Position numbers and translations under genes: made by a program
The notes under the pieces: generated by a model
What the model saw: the letters and a program-made list of their open reading frames with translations, nothing else
What the model was told of the DNA's origin: nothing
The model's database searches: none
NCBI GenBank assembly: GCA_963674945.2
Contig: CAXXWQ010000003.1
Coordinates: 1,920,001 to 1,984,000, forward strand
Source: an uncultured Desulfosarcina sp.
Lineage (GTDB): Bacteria > Desulfobacterota > Desulfobacteria > Desulfobacterales > Desulfosarcinaceae
Reading direction: 5' to 3'
Length of the DNA: 64,000 nucleotides
Shown here: positions 50,443 to 59,191 of the stretch, piece after piece
How positions within the stretch are numbered: position 1 is the first letter of the stretch
Layout: each line of letters starts with the position of its first letter

Positions 50443-50913
50443 TCACATTTCTACAAAGTAGACAAAATTCTCATCGTTTTCATCCATACTCACGTCTGGG
50501 ATCCATATCTGGCAGGTTTGCGGCTCGTACAGGCGAACAACACCATCGTCTGGTATGAGGAAAATCAGATCATGGCTGATGCCCCGCTTAACGTGCGGAA
50601 AGTTCATCCCTTTGGCGCGACCGAAGGCCCAGGAAAGGGAAAGATCTATCGGAACGGCGCCACCGGACTGCCTTTTCGCATTGGCCTCGTCGACCAGCAA
50701 ACGAGTGAGCGCCCCTTGGAACATCCGCGCAAACTCTTCGCACTCGAGATATCCTTTCCGAGGCTTCAATTTATGAATGCCAAGGGATACGGCACGCGTC
50801 GAAAACTCATTCACGCCAGGCGACCAGGTCCGCCTGTCCGATAGCCATCGGTGATATAAGTTTGGCCATATGCCAAGCAGCCGCTGTTCGATCTGCTCTG
50901 CCGTAATGATCAT
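50443..50913 (-). CDS. Putative papain/transglutaminase-like Cys protease domain protein (MOA agglutinin C-terminal-like)
   Basis: LECEEFA...WAFG...SHDL...LYEPQT gives a Cys-His-Glu arrangement. Confidence 0.55.
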   Translation of the reverse strand: MIITAEQIEQRLLGIWPNLYHRWLSDRRTWSPGVNEFSTRAVSLGIHKLKPRKGYLECEEFARMFQGALTRLLVDEANAKRQSGGAVPIDLSLSWAFGRAKGMNFPHVKRGISHDLIFLIPDDGVVRLYEPQTCQIWIPDVSMDENDENFVYFVEM

Positions 50914-50925
50914 GATGCCCGCCTT

Positions 50926-51459
50926 TTATATATATTCGAGAACGACATAGCCCCGGTTCATCGTGTCGTCGCTGAATGCCGCATTATCGAAGAGCCCGCC
51001 GGACGACCTGTTGAGTCGGATTTTTATTGCGCCGTACAGATCTTCGCCGACACTGAACCAACCGTCCGCGACATCATTGCTCTGGCTGCTGTTGTCTAAC
51101 GGAAAAGAACCGTAGGTTGTCCCTTCATCCGTGAAAATATGTACGGCCCGGATCCCGAGAATCGCGCTCTGTTCGACACCAGGATCGATGTCCCAGTTTT
51201 GGCTGTCGCTCTGCATGTCCCACGGTCCGATCGGCACCAACTTCTGCTTTACGGCCATCAGTTTGCCGATCGCCTCGAGCACCTGGGCGTCGTTGGCATC
51301 GTCCAGCGTTATGCCGGCGGCCGCACAAATGGCAACCAGCTCACGCTGCATCATGTTGAGCCACTTGGACCAGACCTCCGTTGCCAGAATTCCGCTGGCC
51401 GAATCGCCGTCGGTAAACTCATTTTCTCCGGTGGCGCTGGGTGAATCGATCTTGTGCAT
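50926..51459 (-). CDS. Short tail fibre protein with Mu-type baseplate-attachment N-terminus
   Basis: MHKID...FTDGD...AT.V...WLN..Q.EL...AGITLD..D.QVLEAI. Confidence 0.8.
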   Translation of the reverse strand: MHKIDSPSATGENEFTDGDSASGILATEVWSKWLNMMQRELVAICAAAGITLDDANDAQVLEAIGKLMAVKQKLVPIGPWDMQSDSQNWDIDPGVEQSAILGIRAVHIFTDEGTTYGSFPLDNSSQSNDVADGWFSVGEDLYGAIKIRLNRSSGGLFDNAAFSDDTMNRGYVVLEYI

Positions 51460-52004
51460 CAGGTACCTCCATATCCGAATAAAACGGTAAGATGGGCCGG
51501 GTTGACGGAGAGAATCGCGCACTCCAGCGCATCGTTGCCCCAGGTACGGATCCGGTCGCCGGCTCGCATCTGCCCAGCACGCGCCCAGCGCACGCTGGTT
51601 TCCGGCGCATTGACGCGCCAAACCGTCGGATTGCCGCCCACGTTTTCGTCGATGGTGATCGTGTAGCCCAGCGAGTCTGCAAGGCGAATGAAGAATCCGG
51701 GCGACTGTCCTCCCACCGCCGTCACTCTGGCCAGCAGCGCCGCCCTGCGCTCTCCGAGCGTATCCAGATCTCCGGTGCATGGATCAGGCAGGCCCCAGAC
51801 CGTCTCCCACTCGGTGAGCAGCTCGATCGCGCGGGACGGGTCCATCTCCAGTAAAAGATCCTCCACGCGCTCGCCGATCCGCGCGAACTCCACGGCCATA
51901 CCCTCTATAAAGCGGCTCATGTTCGATCCGGGATCGCGCGTCCATGCGCTTCCCGGCGGGAGCAACGCCTTAATTTGGCTGGTGTAATCATCGATCAGGG
52001 CCAT
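51459..52004 (-). CDS. Baseplate wedge protein, Mu gp48/YmfQ (DUF2313)
   Basis: LLPPGSAW, LLTEWE..GLPD.C, LEC......PAH. Confidence 0.9.
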   Translation of the reverse strand: MALIDDYTSQIKALLPPGSAWTRDPGSNMSRFIEGMAVEFARIGERVEDLLLEMDPSRAIELLTEWETVWGLPDPCTGDLDTLGERRAALLARVTAVGGQSPGFFIRLADSLGYTITIDENVGGNPTVWRVNAPETSVRWARAGQMRAGDRIRTWGNDALECAILSVNPAHLTVLFGYGGT

Positions 52005-53077
52005 GTTATCGTTCCCAAGGTTGGTATTTCGTCGTCATCGCATGTCACATCCGCTACCGGCGATGACAGCACGTGGCTTACCTCTCCCTTTGCGAACGAA
52101 ATTGCTTCATTGATGCGGGACAGCGGGATCGTACCGCCGGGCTCGCCTTCCTGACTGAGCAATGCGGAAAGCTCTGCCTCGATGGCCGTGCGGACAGACG
52201 TTGTGTTCGGCGTCGGCGTGATGGTGAAATTGATCGCCTTTTCCGTCGGCGCAGCGACCGTCATGGTTACGTTCACGGCACGCCCCACCGTAACGCCGGT
52301 ATTGGGATCGACGTGTTCTTCGATGTAATCGGCAACCGCCGCGATCTTGGATGAATCAGGAAAAATAGGATCGATGTCGTCACATACGAACAGCAAGGTG
52401 ACCGATCCTGGTGCCGGCGAGTTCTCATAGACCCACGCCCGCGTGACGCCCGACACTTCCAGCGCCCATTGGCGATAGACGGCGGCATTGGCGCCGGTGA
52501 AATAGGATGCGGTGCGCCGGAGCACACGCCGGCGGTATGCGGCAATCGTCTCAACGTCCAGCCCGCCGGCCAGGCCGTCCTCGTCGACGATAGCGGAAGA
52601 GTTGACGCCGGCGATGGGAGAAACCAGATCGATCGTCTCTCCGGATGCGGTATTCCAATCGGCGCCGATCTCCTCTGCCTTCAACGTCACTGTGGCCGAG
52701 CCACTGGCGATGACGGCAGAGGACTGTGTGACGAACACCACGCCATCCGCTCGCTGCCACAGGCTGCCCGTTTCGATCACGGATCCGTTCGTGCCCGTCG
52801 CCGTAACATTTCCTCGCGCATAGTCGCCCGCAATTCGGCTGACACCGTGGACCGCGCCGAATCGCAAGAGGATATCCTCATCCTGGGTGTCCGGCAGGAT
52901 CTGGCGCGATACCCACTCCATATTTCCATACAGCCCGTGGGCCATGCCGGCCAGCACGCGCGCGAACGCCTTCGTTGCCTTTCTGCGCATCACATTGCCA
53001 GCTTCCAGGAAACGGCTGTTGATGTCCGTTACGGTTCTGATAATCAGTGTTTGCATCTCTGGTCTGTCAAACGGCAC
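51995..53077 (-). CDS. Baseplate J-like protein, Mu gp47
   Basis: QILPDT, GG.D.ET..YR.R, Y..WALEV.GVTRAW. Confidence 0.92.
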   Translation of the reverse strand: MPFDRPEMQTLIIRTVTDINSRFLEAGNVMRRKATKAFARVLAGMAHGLYGNMEWVSRQILPDTQDEDILLRFGAVHGVSRIAGDYARGNVTATGTNGSVIETGSLWQRADGVVFVTQSSAVIASGSATVTLKAEEIGADWNTASGETIDLVSPIAGVNSSAIVDEDGLAGGLDVETIAAYRRRVLRRTASYFTGANAAVYRQWALEVSGVTRAWVYENSPAPGSVTLLFVCDDIDPIFPDSSKIAAVADYIEEHVDPNTGVTVGRAVNVTMTVAAPTEKAINFTITPTPNTTSVRTAIEAELSALLSQEGEPGGTIPLSRINEAISFAKGEVSHVLSSPVADVTCDDDEIPTLGTITWP

Positions 53078-53087
53078 GAGTTTCCTC

Positions 53088-53621
53088 CTATCTTCCGCTC
53101 ACACCGCCACCGGTCCGATCGGTGATGGCGAATCCGTTCTCATCCAGAATTACCTGGCTGTCGTCCACGTACACAACGGCGCCCGGCGGTCCGTTGTAAA
53201 CGGCATAGGCATACTCCCGGCCATCTTCTGATTGCAGCTTGATGGACAGCGCCAGCACACCTTGCCGCACGCTGCTTGCGGATACCTCCACCGTTTTGGC
53301 GACGGAATCCTCGATCATCCATGCCAGCCCCTCCCTGGCGTAAGTTTCCGCGAGCCGCAACCGAGACGGCAGATCCTTTTCCCGATCCAGCAGCCACAAC
53401 CTGCATCCGATCAGATCTCCCTCTACGTCCGGATAAATGTCACCCCACCATCCGCGCCGGTCATCCGTGCCGTCAGGAATCGCATCGGATGCGCTTGCCC
53501 GGCGGTCCGTAAACAGGCTGATGATCACGGCGGTGCGAAGTCCCTCGTCGATGGCCGTCCCGCCTTCGCCAAGGTCCAGATCGATGATTCCGTTTTTGTA
53601 TGTGAGTGCCAGATCGCCCAT
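53088..53621 (-). CDS. Baseplate protein, Mu gp46
   Basis: LRTAVIISLFTDRRA, RRGWWGD, G.RLWLL.REK. Confidence 0.92.
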   Translation of the reverse strand: MGDLALTYKNGIIDLDLGEGGTAIDEGLRTAVIISLFTDRRASASDAIPDGTDDRRGWWGDIYPDVEGDLIGCRLWLLDREKDLPSRLRLAETYAREGLAWMIEDSVAKTVEVSASSVRQGVLALSIKLQSEDGREYAYAVYNGPPGAVVYVDDSQVILDENGFAITDRTGGGVSGR

Positions 53622-54319
53622 TACATCTCCTGGTTCGGCGTACCCGTTGTGCCGCCGGAATCGCCCGGATGATCGTGTTCGTTGTATGTGGATCGGATGC
53701 CCGCCATGCTGCCGTCGCCGTCGGATACGTCGCCCGGCGTGCTGATGTTCCCGGTTCCGGCAGCTCCGGTCATGATCAGCCCGCCGCCGAACTGGCCACT
53801 GTTAGCGACCGCCACATCGCCGGCGAATGTCGCGTTGCCTGTAAACTCTACCAATGGCGTGTCGAACGTAACCTTGCTCGATGCCGTGACGGTCACCAAG
53901 GGGCAAACCACTTCGGTTTCCACGGCCACGTCGGCGGCCAGGCGATCGCAGCCGTATACGTGGATCGTCTTGTCCCGTTTGAGGTGGACTACCTGGCCCT
54001 GGTCGTCGTAAAAGGCGACTTCTCCCTGGGCAAGGCCCCTGATCCGGTACCGCCGGTCGCCCACCTTGACAACGGCGCCGTGATCCGTGTTGCCACCCAG
54101 TGCCAGAACCAGTGCCTCCGCCCCTGGGATCGGATGAGAAGAAAACCCGTAGTCCTCCCACCGTTCCACCCGGTCGCGCACCTCGCCGGAAAAGATCGCA
54201 AGCTGCAATTCCTGCATTTTCGGATCGTCGTACACCAGCTTGACCACCGCACGCCGGGCCATCAGCCGGACGCGCCGGGAAAGGGGCGCCACCAATCGCG
54301 AAACCGTCCGGGCTACCAT
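53621..54319 (-). CDS. Baseplate spike, Mu gp45 (gpV-like)
   Basis: YGFSS.P, DRRYR..GL..GEVA.YD, C-terminal H.H (HDHPGDSGG.T). Confidence 0.9.
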   Translation of the reverse strand: MVARTVSRLVAPLSRRVRLMARRAVVKLVYDDPKMQELQLAIFSGEVRDRVERWEDYGFSSHPIPGAEALVLALGGNTDHGAVVKVGDRRYRIRGLAQGEVAFYDDQGQVVHLKRDKTIHVYGCDRLAADVAVETEVVCPLVTVTASSKVTFDTPLVEFTGNATFAGDVAVANSGQFGGGLIMTGAAGTGNISTPGDVSDGDGSMAGIRSTYNEHDHPGDSGGTTGTPNQEM

Positions 54320-55353
54320 GGCGCGCCCCCGTCGTCCTCCGGTACCGGCAGCAAATCGAACGCCGTTGGCGGGCACAGCTCGATATCGGTTGTGGTGCCG
54401 GCGTCCTTGTCCAGCCGGTAGGCCACGGCCACGATCAGCATGTCGGCGTCCAAATGCAGGTACGGGCAATCGAGCCGCACTCTTTTATTGGGCGCCCACA
54501 GCCCGGAGGCGTGATGCCAGCCCTGCACGGTCACAAGGGGCCTTGCGCTTCTTCCCATGCGCACCGCCGCCTCCCACACGGCCCGGTCGTCCAGTGCGGC
54601 CGCATCGCCGATGTCCTCGGCAACGATAATGAGCGGCCGGTACCGCGAAACACTCCCGTCCGTGGCCTCGCCTTTCGGCCCGGCGTTCTGGTCCGGCGTG
54701 TCGGTGTCGAACCCGACATTCTGCCCCTTGCAGACATACCGGCTGTACCGGTCCCGCATGGAAAAGGTGCCCCGTGCGGCCTTGACGTTTTTTCCCTGGA
54801 TCAGGTCCGTGCCCACGCGTTCGGTCCCGGCGCGGGTGATCGCCAGGCCGCCCTGGGCATCGGAGATCATCAACAAACCGCGCATGCGGGCCGCCCGTTC
54901 CAGCGCCTCCCAGGCTGTCTCGCCTTCCTGGAGAGCGGCCGATGTGAATGCCTTGCCCACGGATGTCTCTGCCCGGACAGTAATCCCGAACGGCTTGCAG
55001 ATATCCGATGCCACCTGGAGGATATTGCGGCCCCGCCATTCGCCGCTGGCCGCGATGGCGCTGCAGTCCACCAGGTCCCCGGTCGCATCCCGGCCCACCA
55101 CGGTCATGCCGTGCCGTTTGACGTCGAAGAAGGGCAGCACGTCATCGACATACCCGGTGATAGCCGTATCGCCGTCAACGGAAACCGTGCAGGCGTCCCC
55201 GATCCGGATCGGCAGGGCCTGGTCCCGGCCGGCCCAGCGATCGGACACTGTCAGTTCGAAGGTACCGGCCACCTGTTCGATGCCGCGCCGGATCTCGATC
55301 TCCTCCCATCCACCGTATTGCCGCCCGTTGATTTCGAGAATGACATCAGCCAT
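54313..55353 (-). CDS. Baseplate hub, Mu gp44 (gpP)
   Basis: Y.GWE, GRD.TGDLVDCS, GW....GLW.PN. Confidence 0.92.
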   Translation of the reverse strand: MADVILEINGRQYGGWEEIEIRRGIEQVAGTFELTVSDRWAGRDQALPIRIGDACTVSVDGDTAITGYVDDVLPFFDVKRHGMTVVGRDATGDLVDCSAIAASGEWRGRNILQVASDICKPFGITVRAETSVGKAFTSAALQEGETAWEALERAARMRGLLMISDAQGGLAITRAGTERVGTDLIQGKNVKAARGTFSMRDRYSRYVCKGQNVGFDTDTPDQNAGPKGEATDGSVSRYRPLIIVAEDIGDAAALDDRAVWEAAVRMGRSARPLVTVQGWHHASGLWAPNKRVRLDCPYLHLDADMLIVAVAYRLDKDAGTTTDIELCPPTAFDLLPVPEDDGGAPW

Positions 55354-56545
55354 CGATCAGCACCTCCAGCTCTTCTCCGCCCGGCACGAATCCGGGATGG
55401 GCGATGCGGTTTCGTGCCACGATGTTTTCCGCTTGCGTGGCGTCGCCATACAGTCGATGAGCCAGCACCAGGGCCGGAATCGTGGCCCCCGGCGTAATTT
55501 TTCTCACCCTCGCCAGGTTGGCACCGCGCTTCGTTATGTCGGCAACCATGGCCGCACGAAGATCCATTAGCGCGACATAGCTTTCATCGCCTGCGGTTTC
55601 CGCCTCTGCGTCCATCTGATCGGCCAGCTCCTCCATCCGGGCCTTGGCGTCATCGTAACTGTCGAACGCCACGCTTGCCGTGGCCCGGACCGCCTCGACG
55701 ACGGCAGCACGGCGCACCAACGCGTTGAACGCCCGCGTGTTGTTTGTCTTGCGGACAATGCTTTTCGCCGTACCCGCCGGCAGTGCGGCGCTTTCATCGG
55801 TAAACAGATCCCACAACTGACGGTATGCGTCGAAAGCACGATCGATCCGGTCCGGCAGCAGCACGATATCGGCCACCAGACCGTAGATGTCTGTTGCAAG
55901 GTCTGCCGGAGCGCGGATCAGCTCCTCCGCCGATGCAGCCAGGCCCTGGAGATCAGAAACGAAATCGCTCACCATATCCGGGACATTGGGGAATCTGCGG
56001 CGCACGGCATCGATTTGATCCGATACCCGATGAACGAGAGACTTTGCGTGGTCGACCACGAATTGCGGGCTGTCGGCCACAAACGTATCGGAGAACGCTG
56101 ACTGCACAGCCGCCGATGCCGTGTCTGCTGCAGATTCGGTATTTTTTGCGGTGTCCGCCGTCGCCCTTGGGAAAACCGCCTCCCCGGATTCGACAAAGGT
56201 GACGGCAAATCGCGCCATTCCGCCCTCGCGAGTACTCTCTCGTGGACCACGCGCTTCGATTACCGTTGCGGTCATTTCGCCGAGGTAGGGGTGGACCAGT
56301 TTCCCAGGCCCTGGTTCCTCCAGTGCTGCGATCAACGCATCCCTGGCTGCCATGTAGTCAGCACCGAGAACAAAGAGGTTCATCCGGAACCGTCGCGCCT
56401 TTTTGCCCAGGTCCTCGGCATATGGTTTGTCACGGAGGGGAAATTCGTGCAGGGCCACGTTGCGGCCGATCTCACCGTCGGCCGATTCGATGACAAAGGG
56501 CACGTTTCTAAACGACCCTGGCAGTAGTGTTTCTTTCCAGCTCAT
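55346..56545 (-). CDS. DNA circularisation protein, Mu gp43 (gpN)
   Basis: SFRNVPF, HEFP.RD..Y.EDLG, LVHPY.G, RN.I.HPGFVP. Confidence 0.92.
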   Translation of the reverse strand: MSWKETLLPGSFRNVPFVIESADGEIGRNVALHEFPLRDKPYAEDLGKKARRFRMNLFVLGADYMAARDALIAALEEPGPGKLVHPYLGEMTATVIEARGPRESTREGGMARFAVTFVESGEAVFPRATADTAKNTESAADTASAAVQSAFSDTFVADSPQFVVDHAKSLVHRVSDQIDAVRRRFPNVPDMVSDFVSDLQGLAASAEELIRAPADLATDIYGLVADIVLLPDRIDRAFDAYRQLWDLFTDESAALPAGTAKSIVRKTNNTRAFNALVRRAAVVEAVRATASVAFDSYDDAKARMEELADQMDAEAETAGDESYVALMDLRAAMVADITKRGANLARVRKITPGATIPALVLAHRLYGDATQAENIVARNRIAHPGFVPGGEELEVLIDG

Positions 56546-58317
56546 CAGTGGGCCACCATCATCCTTCCGGCGTCCATGTCGATGTCAAATCCGCGACTGG
56601 ATTTGAGTTGATTTACTCGAACCGGCGCATCACTTTCGATGGAAATGGCCAGCTCGCCGGAAAAGCGTTTTTCAAGTTCTGCCACTTCGCGGCGGTCCAG
56701 TTCGTCCCAAATGGTTTTGTATGCAGCAGAGCCCGGACCGGCACCCTGGACTTCCATTCTTCTCATCATCTCCCGTAGCGTATTGGTATCGGTCATTGCG
56801 GCCTGACTTTCGGCAATCTTCTTGCCGATGGCGTTACTGGCCGCCGCAATGGCACCGGTGGCCGCCGCAGGCGTTAAAGAAAGGGCGCCAACTGCCATGC
56901 CACCGACTCCTCCGCCGGCCGCTGCGCCTGTTGCGGCCCCGGAAGCGCCTTTATCCCATAACGATGCAGGTCCATTTACGACATAGACCGGTATCGCATC
57001 ACCGAATTTTCCTGCCTGGCCAATTGCACCAGTCAATCCTTTCTTCTTACCGAATATCTCTCTTCCCCACCGGGCCATATTCATCCCCGCACCAGTCAAT
57101 TTGTAGGCGGCGATAAGGCCGCCTCCGACCAGCGTCACATTCTTGCCCATCTCGAGCCACCGCTCGACCGTTCCTGGCTTGAGACCGTCCAGGTATTCAG
57201 TGACCTTTTTGATTGGTTCGGTAAGCTGGTTGTCGGAAAGCTGTTCCCATACTGTGTATAGTGCCCGTAATGAGGAATTGAGGGTCTTCGACGCACGGAT
57301 TGAGTCCTCGACGGTTGTTTTTCCGTCCGCATGCACATCGTAAAATTTTTTAAGGCTTTCGACCTTGCCGGTCCGCTGGAACTCACTGGCAGCGGCATTG
57401 AAAGCTCTGATTGCTTCGGCATCGAACACCTTGGAGAGCGCCAGCTTGCTTCCTTTTGTTTTTTCGATGATCTCGGTCATGATCTCGGGAAGAGAACGCA
57501 TTTGCGTTGTTGACCCTTTTTCGAAAATTCTGATTCCACCCTTTCGGAGCAACTTGACCTTGTCTGCATCGCCCAGTGTGCGCAAAACAGCTTCGAAGGC
57601 AGTGGTCGCCTGTTCGCGGTTGCCGGTACCTTGCTGGATCACTTGCAGTGCCGCTCCCATTTCTCGGATGGCCTTTACACCCGTGCGTCCCATTGAAGTA
57701 TATGCAGTAACAACACGCGGTCCCATTGCGGCCAGGTCTTGAAGGGTGAAAGCGCCCTCTTTGCCCTGAACACTGAGGATATCCAGCGCCTCGAACGCCT
57801 CCTTGGCCCCGATCCCCATTTTTTGGAACTCTGCTAAGATGCCGCCGATGGAAATGCCATCTCCGCCTGTCGCCGAAATTGCCAGGCCGATGTTGCGGAT
57901 GTTCTCCTCGGCAAACTTGAGGTCGCCGGTCTTTTCGATGATCTCCTCTACGGCGGACGTGATCTGGCCTGGGTAAACACGGATATCCGGCGCCTTGGCC
58001 ACTTCAAAGATCCTCTTTTTAAGACCATTGATCTCTTCGTCGCTACGGTTCGCCTGAATACCGATACGGACGAACCGCTCCTCCAGGTTTCCCACCTGCC
58101 GGATCGCGCCGATGCCGGCCGCACCCGTGAGAAACGCCGTGTACCGGTTACCCAGACGATCGATACCCCTCCCGGCCAGGGCCACACCACGACTTAAAAG
58201 CCGCATGCTGGACGCCCCTTTTCGGCCGAACCGGTTCAGGGAGTTGGTGTACTGCTTCGCCTTGGACTGGAGATTGCCGGAAAGATCGACGATGATGGAT
58301 GTTCTCAGGTCGCTCAT
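56545..58317 (-). CDS. Tail tape measure protein
   Basis: 590-aa Ala/Gly-rich helical protein with QGKEGAF.L.DLA; lies between the chaperone and gp43. Confidence 0.85.
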   Translation of the reverse strand: MSDLRTSIIVDLSGNLQSKAKQYTNSLNRFGRKGASSMRLLSRGVALAGRGIDRLGNRYTAFLTGAAGIGAIRQVGNLEERFVRIGIQANRSDEEINGLKKRIFEVAKAPDIRVYPGQITSAVEEIIEKTGDLKFAEENIRNIGLAISATGGDGISIGGILAEFQKMGIGAKEAFEALDILSVQGKEGAFTLQDLAAMGPRVVTAYTSMGRTGVKAIREMGAALQVIQQGTGNREQATTAFEAVLRTLGDADKVKLLRKGGIRIFEKGSTTQMRSLPEIMTEIIEKTKGSKLALSKVFDAEAIRAFNAAASEFQRTGKVESLKKFYDVHADGKTTVEDSIRASKTLNSSLRALYTVWEQLSDNQLTEPIKKVTEYLDGLKPGTVERWLEMGKNVTLVGGGLIAAYKLTGAGMNMARWGREIFGKKKGLTGAIGQAGKFGDAIPVYVVNGPASLWDKGASGAATGAAAGGGVGGMAVGALSLTPAAATGAIAAASNAIGKKIAESQAAMTDTNTLREMMRRMEVQGAGPGSAAYKTIWDELDRREVAELEKRFSGELAISIESDAPVRVNQLKSSRGFDIDMDAGRMMVAH

Positions 58318-58468
58318 TTAATCGCGCTTTAAAAAGGGTTGCATGGTGTTTAAAAACTCCCGAAAGGGAAGGTTGACGATTTCGGACCGGGTAAATCCGG
58401 TCCTGGCAGCCAATATCAGCAGGCCGGGCGCCACCATGTCACTCACCGCCTGCTGAATCGCGCCCCCG
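58318..58468 (-). CDS. Frameshift extension of the tail assembly chaperone (gp41/42, gpE'-like)
   Basis: The -2 frame is open from CGG GGG CGC to TAA at 58318: AIQQAVSDMVAPGLLILAARTGFTRSEIVNLPFREF. Confidence 0.7.
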
Positions 58469-58798
58469 GTCGCGCACCTTATCCAGGGTTGCCGCCTCCA
58501 ATACTTCAGCGCCTTCCTGCAACAGCGAAAGATCGGGAGCGCTGAGTTTCTTCAGTTCGGAAAGGGAAAGTGGCCCTTCATACTCACCGACCTTCACGAT
58601 CTGTCGGCGCAACGTATTGAGCGCTACCATGGTAGGGCTGGCGATTAACTGAAACCCTTCCTCGGTCCGGATCACCTTTTCGCTTTCGTCGGTTGCGTCG
58701 ATCAGATCGGCGGCGGTTGCCTCGCGGATCATGGCATGCCTGTGAACCTTCTCTCCGATTGTAAGCCCATTGATCAGTTCAATTTCATGTGTTGCCAT
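58439..58798 (-). CDS. Tail assembly chaperone, Mu gp41-like
   Basis: IREATAADLI, RQIVKVG, ELKKLS..DL; ends with RGR at the slippery site. Confidence 0.85.
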   Translation of the reverse strand: MATHEIELINGLTIGEKVHRHAMIREATAADLIDATDESEKVIRTEEGFQLIASPTMVALNTLRRQIVKVGEYEGPLSLSELKKLSAPDLSLLQEGAEVLEAATLDKVRDRGRDSAGGE

Positions 58799-59163
58799 CA
58801 AATCATCTCCTCTGCCGGGCTTCCCTCGAATGTCAGGGGAACGCTCCCGCCTTCGCTGGCGGTCATCTCCGGGGTGTTCGTCAGCCACCAGCCTTGCCCA
58901 ACGTACTGCTGGCCGGTATCGCACTCGAACGAAATGGTAACGTCATCCCATCCGCGCATCTCTGCCAGCTTCGTCTCCTTGCCAACCGAGATTTCGCATT
59001 CAAGCTTTCCCTGTTTCGGCGTCTCGAAAAAACCCTGCACATCGTTGGCCCCGACGACCGTGGTGCGTTCATCTCCGCCGATATCCAGCTTCGCCCCTGG
59101 TTTGGACTCAAGGACTTTGCCATCCACCTTGATAACCGCTTTGCCTAATTTTTTTTTGGACAT
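58798..59163 (-). CDS. Tail tube protein, Mu gpM-like
   Basis: G.A.IKVDG...GG.ER..V.G...GF.E...F..DTG..Y; follows the sheath gene. Confidence 0.88.
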   Translation of the reverse strand: MSKKKLGKAVIKVDGKVLESKPGAKLDIGGDERTTVVGANDVQGFFETPKQGKLECEISVGKETKLAEMRGWDDVTISFECDTGQQYVGQGWWLTNTPEMTASEGGSVPLTFEGSPAEEMI

Positions 59164-59191
59164 CGTATGTCCTCCGTTTTGCTAAGTTGTC

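Noticed and set aside
45490..51459. Diversity-generating retroelement or invertible tail-fibre switch
   Set aside because: No reverse transcriptase, no template/variable repeat pair and no invertase visible in this window
50926..51780. 284-aa tail fibre as given in the ORF track
   Set aside because: The upstream part overlaps gp48 out of frame; the likely start is ATG 51459 after GGAGG
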